The notes: generated from the letters alone by a model not told the origin. A stretch of 64,000 bases of DNA from Auanema rhodensis (GCA_964057225.1 OZ059896.1:14260001-14324000); one strand, 5' to 3'; positions 28,616 to 40,650 are shown, counted from the first letter of the stretch. Numbers and translations are program-made.

Positions 28616-29872
28616 ATGATATTTCTTTTGATTCTCCTATTCACAACATCTTGCTCATCTAAGATGATGCACTTATCAATTAGAGAAAATGTTACTCAAA
28701 CATGTCCCCACAGTAAACTTACATAGTTTTTTTGAAATTAATTTAAAAATTTGTGTCGTTTAAGTGAAAAGTGATGTGATAGATCGTTCGTCCGTTAAAA
28801 TGTCTTTCGAGCTTATATCTGGTGATAATGATGCAGATCAGGTATTCATGTAACATACTCCCATTCCTATTCAACGGTTAAGGCTACCATAACTGATGTT
28901 TACGGTGAAAGTAAGACCATATCTTTCCCAGCTTGTTATCGGGCTAGACTCAGTTTTCGCATGAAACATATAATCAAAAATCCGTTTGTTAACCACTTTT
29001 TAGCGTTTTATTCTGCTGGCCTTCAGATATGTTGAAGCATTTCTGCAACTTGGCCAGAACATTCCATGCCAAGCTGGTGGTAGGAAGCTAACAGGAACTG
29101 ACACTATCTGTGCCAATATAACTCGTACGAGCTGGTGTCCAAAGAGTAACAATCAACAGTTAAGATCTATGCTGACAGATAAGCAGACCTGGTAATTCGG
29201 CTTCAACCATCTGTTTGAATTTTTTTTTCTGACTTTGCAGCACTTTCTGCCATATGTGTGAGAGTATTGACTGGGAGAGCCGTGAAGCACAAACTGCTAG
29301 AAGATATTTCATTAATGAAGGTGAACAAGATAAATGTGACGTTGAGCAAGATGTTCAAACATTAACTTTCAAGGTAAAAATCAAAGTCGTAACTTGCAAA
29401 TCGGCTCAATTTATAGATTTGTACACCCTCTAGAGAGGAATTGAACGAGCGAGATGATAAAGAAAGAGAAGAAATGGAAAAGTATTGGCACTACTTGAAG
29501 CAGGTGAGAATTTACTTTTAAAAACCATAACGTGAAACCGCTTATGATCAACCACTCGAAGTGTCAATTGATTCTTTCTTTGATCATCGTCCTTCCAGGG
29601 AGTTCTTACTGCTGTTGTTCATGTATTGGATCGTGAGGAGGTTCAAGGTTCTAAGAGAGCTCAATGTCAGCAACTTTGTGAAACTTATGAAAATAGAAAA
29701 GGAGTCAGCTTCAGCTATAAGGTTTTCCATCACTTCTTACGAGTCCCATATCGCAGTCATAAAATTACAGAGAAGTCTATTGAAATCCATCGAGAGTATG
29801 TGCACCCCTCAAGATGTCTATGCTGCCTGCGTCTATCATACCGTCAAATTTGACATCAATGGAGATTTTTAA
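28616..29872 (+). CDS. Secreted cysteine-rich protein of unknown function (~300 aa)
   Basis: Signal peptide MIFLLILLFTTSCSS. Phase-consistent exons contain ISFPACYR, QNIPC, WCPKS, TCTFCHMC, KICTPS and end in ACVYHTVKFDINGDF*. Confidence 0.82.
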
Positions 29873-30001
29873 ACTATTCCTCTTCATACTAATTAATAGC
29901 CAAAGATGTAAATTTAAGATATTTCAATAAATTTTATATATAAAAACCAACAGTAAACAGAAAGAGCTAACTAATTCTAAAACAAATAAAACTAATTATA
30001 A

Positions 30002-31769
30002 TTAGTCAGATGTAGTTTTGAAGTTGTTTGAATTGAAGTACACAAACAAGGCTGCAGCTGATAATCTTGACGTTAGCTCTTCTTCTTCAACTCCATGACA
30101 AAATTCGACCTGCAGAGTAAAGATTTTTCATTTGTGAATAGCGCTTAAAACATACGGATCCCCAAGTTTCAGCTTGAATTCTTTGTTCAAGAGTCGCTAA
30201 TTGAACGGATTCTGGGCTAGTCAGATTAAAAGATAGAACGTTATATGGCAGTATAACACTCTTAATTGATTCAACAGCATACTGCAATCCGTTCAAAGCC
30301 CAAAAATTGTGAGACAAAATCCATTTTTCAACTTTGCGTCTATCTTCATCATTGATAGGAGAACCTAAATTTACAAATATTGAAACGTTTTATCAAAAAT
30401 CACATACTGAACATAGTTTCGACGGGGGCGATTTTAGTACCGATTCCTCTATTTGCATGTTCGATAACTGGTTTCCAATATTTCTCTTGAGCACTAAAAA
30501 GTATAATTTATGTGAGTTAAGGTTTTAAAGGCAATTTACTTGTGCAACTTAGATTGTTCAGGATTCCAGTATAATACAGTATCACCGTCCAAGTACTCCA
30601 AGATTTTTTTTGTAATACATTCCCTTAAACATAACAGTTCAGTGAAAAAACATAAGAAGTGAGTCACTTAGTCAATGAAAGAGGATTATCCTGGGCAGTA
30701 AAAGAAAGCCCTGTTAATCTCATATGGCCTATCTCGAGTTCTTCTCCTTGTGCAGCCCATTCTTCAGCAACAGCTAAAGCTAATGGCTCAGATTCAATCT
30801 AAAAAAGAAAGAAAATCATAATATTCATTCCTCCTCCAATAAAATCAAATATTTGTCAAATGTCTTCCGTAATCATATCACTTCAGCTACATCAGTATTG
30901 ACATTTTGGAAATTTCCTTATATGCTTGCTCTATAGATGACGCATTAAAACAGTCACTCCATGCTTATCAGGTCTCGCTAACAAAACCTATTGATTTTTC
31001 GCATTGTCACTAACTCAATCAGTTACACTGTTACATACATGTTACAATAATTATTAATTCAGAGTTTAAAGTTAATTCATATGTTTTGTTGTGAGGACAA
31101 TGACTTTGCATAATATTCTCTTACATCTTATTGGTGTGGGTTTGTTCTTTACGGTATTTTATGCGACTATCATCATTTCATCATGTTTGAAACTTTAGTT
31201 ATTGCTTTTATTGTTTTGCGTCTGCCGAATTGCTGATTCTTCTTTGGTTACCCAATCTAGAATATCTTCAAGGCACACGAGTTCGGCAAGTTTGAGTAAT
31301 ATGGTGGAAGCTTCCAGTTCAACTGATGTGCCAATGCATCTCCTTGGTAAATCATTGGTAAGTTCAAATATTTCTTGAAGATTATAAATTGGCTTTACTT
31401 CAGGAAGAAGAACGTCGACGTTTTATATACTGAATTTTCATTTAAATACTTAATGATGTTTATAGAAAATAATAAACGGGTTCCAATTAAACGTTTTGAA
31501 GTGTATTATAAATTTGAAACATTACTAACCGCTACTGGTTTTCCATTCTGGGTTTTCAAGATACGTCCATCTAAAGTAATTCTGAAAATGGAACAATCTT
31601 GTACCTTATCCTCCACAATCCCAACTTCCTAAAAAAATAAATATTTAATAACGTATATGAATCAGATAAATGAAACCTTATAGAATCTTCTTCTCTTCAC
31701 TATAGCAGAAGCAGGGCTTGCTGATGAGAAATTACGTAAAGAAGAAGCGAAACGTGATATAGCTTTCAT
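30002..31769 (-). CDS. ATPAF2: ATP synthase mitochondrial F1 assembly factor 2 (ATP12)
   Basis: KRRRFYKEV, ITLDGRILKTQNG, LALAVAEEW, MRLTGLSFTAQD, YLDGDTVLY, LATLEQRIQAETWGSVEFCH. One ~730-nt intron at ~30799-31529. Confidence 0.95.
31100..31433 (+). CDS. Nested antisense gene: 80-aa single-pass membrane microprotein (3 exons)
   Basis: Exons 31100-31153, 31199-31357 and 31404-31433 are joined by 45- and 46-nt GT-AG introns, all phase 0. AATAAA at 31471. Confidence 0.75.
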
Positions 31770-32001
31770 TGCACAACCTGAGTTACTTATAATATTTACA
31801 TTATTCATTTCGAAAGAGATAGTTAAATGAAATAACAAATTGAAAAAGGAAAATTCAAATTATCATAGAAATCTTTATAATCTCTCTTCAAGTTAGCTTC
31901 ATAAAAGTTAATGCGATATGTATAGATAAAAAATACAAAACATAGAAAAATATTCGTAAATATTCAAGTATGGCAAAGTGTCAGCAAAAAGGTAATTGTC
32001 T

Positions 32002-33004
32002 CTATTTGGATATAACCTCCTGTTCAATACTATCAATAGAATTCTCATCGATCACAATAAATCTTTGGCGTTGCTTACTGAACATGTACATCTCTCCTTC
32101 ATAAACGTCGAACCACATGGCATGAAGATGAACTTCATTACGCTCCAAGAATTCCTAAAACATAATATCAAATAATTCCTGATAAAAATGGGGAATAACC
32201 TTCAAAAATCCATGAGAACTAATGTGTTCAAGTTGTTGCAATGTGTTTATCTGTGACAATTTATCCTCTACGCCCCATTGATTTTCAGGATCAATTTCTG
32301 CGGTAAAACTTAAAACAACAATTAATAAGTCAATATTCTTTAATAATAAAAATAGGTATTAACCTGTAGAAAGCATTATTAGCTATGAATTTTACGGGTC
32401 CAGGTTGAGCTAATCTTTCTTCCAACTTCTTGATGGACTGATAACCATGTCGTCTAAGCCAATGATCCATTGGTGATTCAGGATCAAATGAATTAGGACA
32501 ACAATGCAAATTATATAAAGTGTTAATAGCCTGAAACCTTGACATAAATACAAAAAAATGTTCAAATTCAGGTTACCTTGCAATCAGAATGTCCACAAAC
32601 AATAACATGATTGATTTTTCCTCTTTTTACAGCTAACTCTAGAGCAGCTGGTTCAGTAGTTACAGAAACTTCGAAACCAGCAGAACCTGGATCGAAATAT
32701 GACAATGATAAAAAAAAGAGGAATACCGTAATTATTAGAATGTGGAATCATGTTTCCAGAATTACGAACAACAAACATGTCTCCCACTTGTGATTGAGTA
32801 AAGCGAGCTGGTAAAATACGGGAATCCATACAGGTGAAAAACACAGCCGTTGGATTTGGGTTATCTCTTATTTTTTCAAACTGTTTAACCTAAACCGAGC
32901 TCATATAAATTTTTTTGTGATAGAAGACTGAATCATACTAAATCTTTTCTAACAGTTTGACGAAATCGGATAACACCATCGAGAATTTTCTTCAACCCAG
33001 TCAT
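32002..33004 (-). CDS. bca-2: Beta carbonic anhydrase
   Basis: Zinc motifs FTCMDSR and VCGHSDCKA; GDMFVVRNSGN; TEPAALELAV. The sequence and neighbours fit bca-2 rather than bca-1. Confidence 0.95.
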
Positions 33005-33390
33005 TTCTACAAAAAAAAATAATAATTTTGATTTAGCGGAAACAATAAAGATAATTATAAGTGAAAACAAATAAGAAATCTGATAACATAAATTAATAAA
33101 CATTCATTTCGTTCCAACACCAAGGATCAGTATAAAATGAACGGATGAATCGCAGTCTTGACGCAAATAGTTTGAACTTTGAAAAAAAAGGTGAACTATT
33201 GAGTGCTGAATGTAATTCTGCATATCTAGAAATCAAAAAAATCAAAGAAAGTGCACACTGGGCAAAGAATATGTTTAGAATTTTAAAATATTTATTCAAA
33301 ATATTTGTAAAGCATACAGCTTTAATATGGTCAAAATACAATCATATATCTATCTAAATCTGTAACTATTATTTGCGAATAAATAAAAAA

Positions 33391-33947
33391 TTAATCCTTT
33401 TTATCAGTTTTACTCTTATAACCAGGGCTAATTTCAAGATCTTTATATTGAGGAAAAGAGCTAGAAGTATCTCCGAAATTTTTCCCCTGACTATGGACAT
33501 TAGGAGCATTTTTTTCCGTCATGTGGTTACTAGTTAATTGAGCCTAAATTGCTAGCTTGACTATATATATATAAGAGCGTTTCAATTCACTTGTTGTCTA
33601 GCAGCATTAATAGCTAACTCTTGCTCGGATGGTGGGAATCTTCTGGTACCACGAAGCCAAGCCTCCCATTCGATGCTAGGCTTACTATCAGTTTTGCTAT
33701 CAACTGGATCATAACCTCTAAACATATGAATGAAGTAGATAGATAACGACATCTAACCTGGACACATTTTGCCGAGAATTAGAAATTTCATAGTATTTGT
33801 GTCCATGATTATCTTCTCCGACGTATCTCTAAAAATCCGAAATGTTGAGAAAGAAGGAGGAACTTAGCATACTTTTTTGGACCAATCATTACGTAAGTAT
33901 TTTCCAATGTTTGTTATCACCCTTGCCCAAGCACCTGGTCTACTCAT
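33391..33947 (-). CDS. NDUFAF2: Complex I assembly factor NDUFAF2/mimitin (NDUFA12 family)
   Basis: YVGEDNHGHKYYE and PSIEWEAWLRGTRRFPPSEQE motifs; 4 exons. Confidence 0.9.
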
Positions 33948-34386
33948 TTTTCTATATAAACAGGAGTTTCATTCTTAATATATAAGCATTTTAACTAATA
34001 ATATTTAAAATATATAGACAATTTGAATGACAGCTGATTTAAAAAAAATAAACTTGTACTCCGTTTACAAATATCCGCGCACCAACACCTTGGGCGTGCC
34101 AGCATTTACTATTTGAATATATTTTCGAATTCTGTGTTGTCTATTGCTAAATATAAATAAGATTTTTGTGCTTTGTTTTACTGAATATTCATGAAATTCC
34201 ATTGAATAATAGCTTCTATTTCTTTATTTTTCAAATTTCATATTCAAATCATTCTCATAACCTCAATTACGACCTTGTTATAAGTATGTGTCAGCATATT
34301 TCAAATTTTTCTTGGTCTCAATTACTTCCACATCTCTCAACTAACTATTTGAATCTTTGCCAGGTTATTTTCCTATTTTTTTAGTA
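33948..34386. promoter_or_regulatory. Bidirectional promoter region between the mitochondrial and splicing-factor clusters
   Basis: Head-to-head starts ~440 bp apart with a short GC-rich core at ~34074-34103. Confidence 0.5.
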
Positions 34387-35385
34387 ATGTCTTTTGGGGA
34401 AGGCCTTTCCGGAGCAGAATATCTTGCTTCCATTTATGGAACGGAGAAAGATAAAGTTAATTGCTCCTTCTTTTTCAAAGTAAGTTTGTGGTTACAAAAT
34501 GGATATAATATTTTTTGGTAGACGGGAGCTTGTCGTCACGGGGAGAAATGTTCTAGAACCCATCACATTCCAACTTTCTCTCCTACCGTTTTATTAAAAA
34601 ATTTTTACCATAATCCTGTGGTCGACGTCCGGCAAGCAGATGCCTTTGACAGTAAGTATTTTTGCTTCAATTTTATTTTAAAATAAGTCATTCAGAGGTT
34701 GGCCAGCGAAATGCTGAGGAACAAAAATATTTCGATGAATTTTATGAAGAAGTATTCAGTGAAATGGAAAGACGAGTATAATTATATGTTCACTTAATGT
34801 TAAATTCTTTAATTTTCTCTTAGTATGGTGAAGTTGAAGAGATCAATGTTTGTGAAAATATTGGTGAACACATGGTCGGCAACGTATATGTAAAGTTTAG
34901 ACGGGAAGAAGATGCTGAACGTGCTATGAAAGAACTTAACGATCGCTGGTAAGATTTCCACTTTTTATTCTTCTATGTTGTTTTTAGGTTTAACGGTGCA
35001 CCTATCTACGCAGAATTATGTCCTGTAACAGATTTTCGTGAATCACGTTGTAGGCAGCACGAAGTTATTACATGCTCCAAAGGAGGTTTTTGTAATTTCA
35101 TGCATCTCAAAGCAATCAGTCCTGAATTGGGAGAGAAATTATATGGTCGTAGAGGAAGACGGTTAGTTTGGTTCGGGATATTTTTTATTTAAATCCATTT
35201 TCAGAGCTGATTCCGCCGGTCATTATCCGTCCATGAGAAGAGGTGGAGGAGGTGGAGGAGGAGGAGGCGGCGGAGGTGGAGGTGGAGATCGAGACCGTCG
35301 TCGTGGTGGTGATAGAGGTGGAGGAGGTGGAGGAGGCGGTCGTTACGACAGACGTAGAAGCCGATCTCGTGACCGTCGTTATTAA
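34387..35385 (+). CDS. uaf-2: U2AF small subunit (U2AF35)
   Basis: [34 protein letters not shown] (ZnF1), UHM domain, CRQHE...GGFCNFMH (ZnF2), Gly-rich/RS tail. Confidence 0.98.
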
Positions 35386-35525
35386 TTGATATGATCAATG
35401 ATTTTGTCCGTATTAATTTTGAACAATGCTATTTAATCTCATCGTATTTATATATTCTTTGTGGTTCACTCCGCTTGTTGTATATTGTTTCTTAACCTCA
35501 TCCTTGTTTCAGTATATTTACAGAG

Positions 35526-36818
35526 ATGCAATCAAATTTTCCACACAACAGGAAACGCACACTATATGTTGGTGGTTTTGGTGAGGAAGTGACCGAAAAG
35601 GTACGTGGTCAGTATCCTCATCATTATATTGCAATTTTTCATCAAGGTCTTAATGGCTGCGTTTATACCGTTTGGAGAAGTTGTTGCTATTTCCATTCCC
35701 ATGGATTACGAATCGGGTAAACACAGAGGTTTTGGGTATGTTAACTTAACAATTTTCTAGTGTTTCTTTTTTGTATAGGTTTGTAGAATTTGAACTGGCT
35801 GAAGATGCTGCGGCTGCTATTGATAATATGAATGATAGTGAACTGTATGGAAGAACTGTTAGGTATTTATGATTTGAATTTGGTTTTGTTAGTATGTATT
35901 ATAGATGTAACTTCGCAAGACCACCTAAAGCAACAGAAAGATCTTCGCGTCCAGTATGGGCTGACGATGAATGGTTGAAAACGTATGGAAAAGGAAGCGG
36001 AATGGCTGATGATGGCGCTATGGATGATGATAATTCTGCCGACGTCTCTTCTAAATTGCCCAGAGTTTACTTAGGAGTGAAGATAGGAATAAGGTAATAA
36101 CTATTCTACATATAGAATTCAAGATGATGCTTATAGATATATTGGAAGAATTGTTATAGAATTACGATCAGATGTTTGTCCCAAAACGGCCGAAAATTTC
36201 CGTTGCTTATGTACAGGAGAGAAAGGTTTTGGATTTGAAGGTATAACATTATTTTCCTAACTGCATTAAAAAGTTCTCTCCCAGGATCTACATTCCACAG
36301 AATTATCCCAAAATTCATGATTCAAGGAGGTGATTTTACTAAAGGTGATGGAACAGGAGGAAAATCTATCTATGGTCCCAAATTTGAAGACGAGAACTTT
36401 ACAGTAATTTCTAATGATACAGTTTCGTGTTATGTGCTTCTTTCTAGCTGAAACATGTTATGCCCGGAACAGTTTCTATGGCTAACTGTGGACCCAATAC
36501 TAACGGATCTCAATTCTTTATTTGTACAGAAAAAACCGAATGGCTTGATAACAAACATGTAGTTTTTGGTCATGTTGTTGAAGGTATGCACATTGTAAGA
36601 CAAGTCGAACAACAGGTAATTCTTTGCCTTCCGATCTTTATTAATTTGAATGATAGGGTACCCCAAGTGGTAAACCTCAAATGGTTATAAAAGTCGTCGA
36701 TTGCGGTGAAATTCTAACAGAGCGACGAGCTGCTCCCCCTAAAGCTTCAGAAGAAACGGAAGGATCCAAAGAAGATGTGATATCTTCGGCACCCATTATT
36801 GTTGAATCAACAGCTTAA
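35526..36818 (+). CDS. cyn-13: RRM-cyclophilin (cyclophilin E/PPIE)
   Basis: N-terminal RRM (TLYVGG, HRGFGFVEF) plus cyclophilin domain ([40 protein letters not shown]). Confidence 0.97.
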
Positions 36819-36958
36819 TTATTCAGATCGTTTTATTGTTTCAATATATGGATCTCTATTCGTGTTATATATATATATTCTTTGGTTTAGACCAATAATA
36901 TCTCATCTACTTTGAAAAAATATATACTTGTATACTGTATCCGTAAGCTTGACTTTAG

Positions 36959-39732
36959 ATGAGCAGCAAAACTGGCGGTAACACCGAGCCGATGCCATTT
37001 GTACGTAAATGGGGAAGTGGAGCTACAATGCCCTCAGATGAAGTAGCAGGCCCACCACCACCACCTAATTGTATATTAATTCTTTTGAAAACATAGCATG
37101 TAAATTTATTGCAGATGCTCCTGAGAAGTACGAAGAGCGTCGCGAGAGAAGCAAATCTAAGTCAAGAACTCCATCACGTTCTCGTTCACGTTCACGCGAA
37201 AAGGAACGTGATCGTGATAGAGATCGGGATCGTGACCGTGACAGGGATCGTGACCGCAAGCGTGATAGGGACCGTGATAGAAGACGCCGCTCTCGATCTA
37301 GATCCAGAGATCGTAAAAGGCGCTCCCGTTCCAGAGACCGTAGTAGAAGATCACGCTCAAGATCCCGTGATAGAAAAAGGTTTGATCCAGTTGAGAGCTC
37401 TGCTATGCGAATTTTTTTCAGAGATCGTTCACCTGACCCCCTACCTGCTACGGTGGCACCAAAGGAGCCAATTATTAACCCATTGATTCGTGAAGATATT
37501 GGTATTAATTTTTAACTCAATTTTTTGAATTCTCACTTCTTCCTTTTGCAGCTAAAGAAATGTCGGGAGAGAAGCCTGTTGATGCTGCTGCTATGGAAAG
37601 AAAACGCGAACGCAAAAGTCGATGGTCACAGAACAAGAGTTTTGTGCCAGGAATGCCAACTATTCTCCCTTCCAATCTTACTGATGAACAGAGGAGTGCA
37701 TATTTACGTGAGTGTCTGTTTATTTATTTTGAAAAAGTGATTTCATCCTTATAAGCAGGTGAGTAAGGTAAGTTTTTTTCTTTTTCTCTGTTTGTTATCA
37801 CTTCGTTTACTTTTTTATGTTTTACATTTCTAATTATGAACACGGCTTTGCCGTGCTTTTCAGTTCAACTGGAAATTGAAGATGCTACAAGAAAACTCCG
37901 TCTTGGTGATTTTTCGGGACCTACGGATCCTGCGGAGAGGCTAGTTAATATCACTTTTCAGATTGACACTGCGGTTTCTTTTTATTTTATATGATTAGAT
38001 AGGGTGTTTTTGTGAATAATTTAGATTTTAGTGCTGCGCATTATATAAATTTCAAATTACTTAACCATAATCGTTGTTTAGCCTTTAGAAACAGATCCTA
38101 TGATTAGTTGGAACAAAAATATGTGGAATGCTGAATGCTTCTATTATATTTATATATATATTTTTTTATTTCAGCTAATAGCATTTTTAGTTTTAATTTA
38201 TTAGCTTCAGATTAAAATACTGATTGCGGATTAAATTTAGTTTAGCAGTATAAATTAAAAATCAAAAAAAAAAGTGTTCAGATTTTTTATTACTTATCGA
38301 TTTCAGAAGTCCATCTCCGGAACCAATCTATGACAGTAATGGTAAAAGATTGAATACTCGAGAAGTTCGTAAGAGACAGGAATTGGAACAGCTCCGTCAC
38401 GAGAAAATTCAAGCTTTATTGAAAATTAATCCTAGTTTCAAGCCTCCTACTGACTACAGGTTTACATTTTATTTTTTTTATTTTAATTTGTATATGTTTT
38501 CAGAGCACCAAATATTAGACTTCACGATAAAGTTTGGATTCCTCAAGAACATCATCCGGAGATTAATTTCGTGGGTTTACTTATTGGTCCCCGTGGTAAC
38601 ACTCTTAAAAGTCTTGAAATGGAAACTGGTGCTAAGATTATTATTAGGTTTAGTAATATATAATTATTGTGTTACCTTTTACATTTTGTAGAGGAAAAGG
38701 GTCTGTCAAAGAAGGTAAACTTGGAAGTAGAATGGGGCCTTTACCCGGTGAAAACGAACCACTGCATGCCTACGTGACTGCCACTGATCAAGCTACAATT
38801 AAGAGAGCATGTGAAAAGGTAATTCTAGTTTTTTTCCACAGTTTTTAAAGAGATTTTCTCAGATTCGACAAATTATTGCGGAAGCTACAAACATTCCTGA
38901 TGGACAAAACGAATTAAGAAAACTTCAACTTCGAGAATTGGCATTGTTGAATGGAACTCTTAGACCTGAAGATCTCGCTGCCAGTACCCGGTGTTCGAAT
39001 TGTGGTTCTGATGAACATAAGACATGGGAATGTCCTGATGCACCTAATATCACAGCCAAAATTATTTGCGCTAATTGCGGAGGTATCATTTAAACGTATT
39101 TCTCATAATTTACGTCTGATTTATAGCTGCTGGCCATCTTACTCGTGATTGTAAAACACCCAGACCTGACGGAGAAATGGGAGCTGCTATCATGGATGAC
39201 GAATATTCAGCTTTAATGGAAGAACTTGGCGAAAAACCAAAGGGAGCCAATGGCGCATTTGGACTTGGAAGAGTTAGTCCAGATTTACCTATTTTATTTT
39301 GTATTTTTCTCTTAGGGAGCCTTCCCTCCTGCAAGAGGTGGATTTGGTGGAGCTGGCAGAGGATTTGATGGTATGCCCCCACCATTCCCTGGATTCATGC
39401 CACCACCGGAGTTCCAACCTGGATATTTCCCTACTCCTACTCCACCAATGCGTGGACGAGGAACTAGTACAGCTGCTTCCAGCGCTCCCGCTGGTCCAAC
39501 AAGTGCAGCCGCAGCCGCCGCAGCTTACAGTAGAGGGTAAGTAGAAGTTTCTTTTGTACGAAACATTAACATGAATTCTTCCAGATGGTATCCCGGATCT
39601 TCTCCACTACCAGTACCTCCTCCACCGCTTCCAGGAGTTGGAGTTGTACCACCTCCTCCACCACCACCACCACCACAGCCTGATTTGTCTAAATTGTTAG
39701 CTCCTGCTCCTCCTCCCCCTCCTCCACAGTGA
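36959..39732 (+). CDS. sfa-1: Splicing factor 1 / branch-point binding protein
   Basis: N-terminal RD/RS domain, [27 protein letters not shown]2 ([27 protein letters not shown]), two zinc knuckles and a Pro-rich tail. Confidence 0.98.
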
Positions 39733-40599
39733 TTCCATTATTATCTCATCTATAAAGTTATAACTTTGAATCCAATTTTTCGTTCTATGTGAACGCGTTT
39801 GTTGTATTTGTTGCTCTTATTTAATCATTTATAATAAATGTTTCCGCATTATCTCTTTTTGCACTTATTCTTAATCTTTCATCAAGAAATTACAAACAAG
39901 AAAATCGGCACAAGTGAAACACATGACAGCAATGACTGTTACTTCTTGTTTAAAGAAGCGTTGAACAGAGACCAAAATAATATTATAGTTACATTTTTTT
40001 CCAATTTAATATAATACATGTATTAGTACAATAAATTATAGGACATATAGTGTATAGTATGTATTATTTCAATTCAAAAATCAAGGTACTACATAAGCCT
40101 ATAAGATATTGTCTTATTCTCTCTATAACTATATTTTCAACTCATTTCAATTATTAATTATATCATTTACAAATTAATAAGCCATCAATTCTTTCTAAGT
40201 TTCAATGACCTGGATTAGGCAATTATAGCATTCATTGTTTCTTCGAATAATAGGAATTATTCTGATAATTGGTTTGTAACAGGTGTGACTTGTACTCAGA
40301 ATTCCGAAATTAATCATTTCGGATCAAATAAGATTTCTGGTTCATAAAAATACAATTTGTTCTAGCTTAATGTAGCTTAATGTCTACTTGTAATTTTATA
40401 ATTTTAAACATTTTTTGTACCTAAATCAGAAACTATTTTCAATCTTGTCATTCATATAATAAAGGTAATATTTCTTTTCTTCAAATTTAGCTCTAATATT
40501 AATATTAGTAGTAGTAAGTAGTAGTAGTAATAGTACTCGCAATAGTATTAGTAAGTGATTGATATTAAGTTCTCTATCTCTCTACTCCCCACCCTCTCT

Positions 40600-40602
<3 letters not shown>

Positions 40603-40650
<48 letters not shown>
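40603..40650. repeat. (TC)n microsatellite
   Basis: Uninterrupted TC run. Confidence 0.95.

Noticed and set aside
34387-35385. Idea that an altered U2AF35 explains the AAG/GAG acceptors
   Set aside because: The residues equivalent to human S34 (CSRTH) and Q157 (CRQHE) are unchanged.
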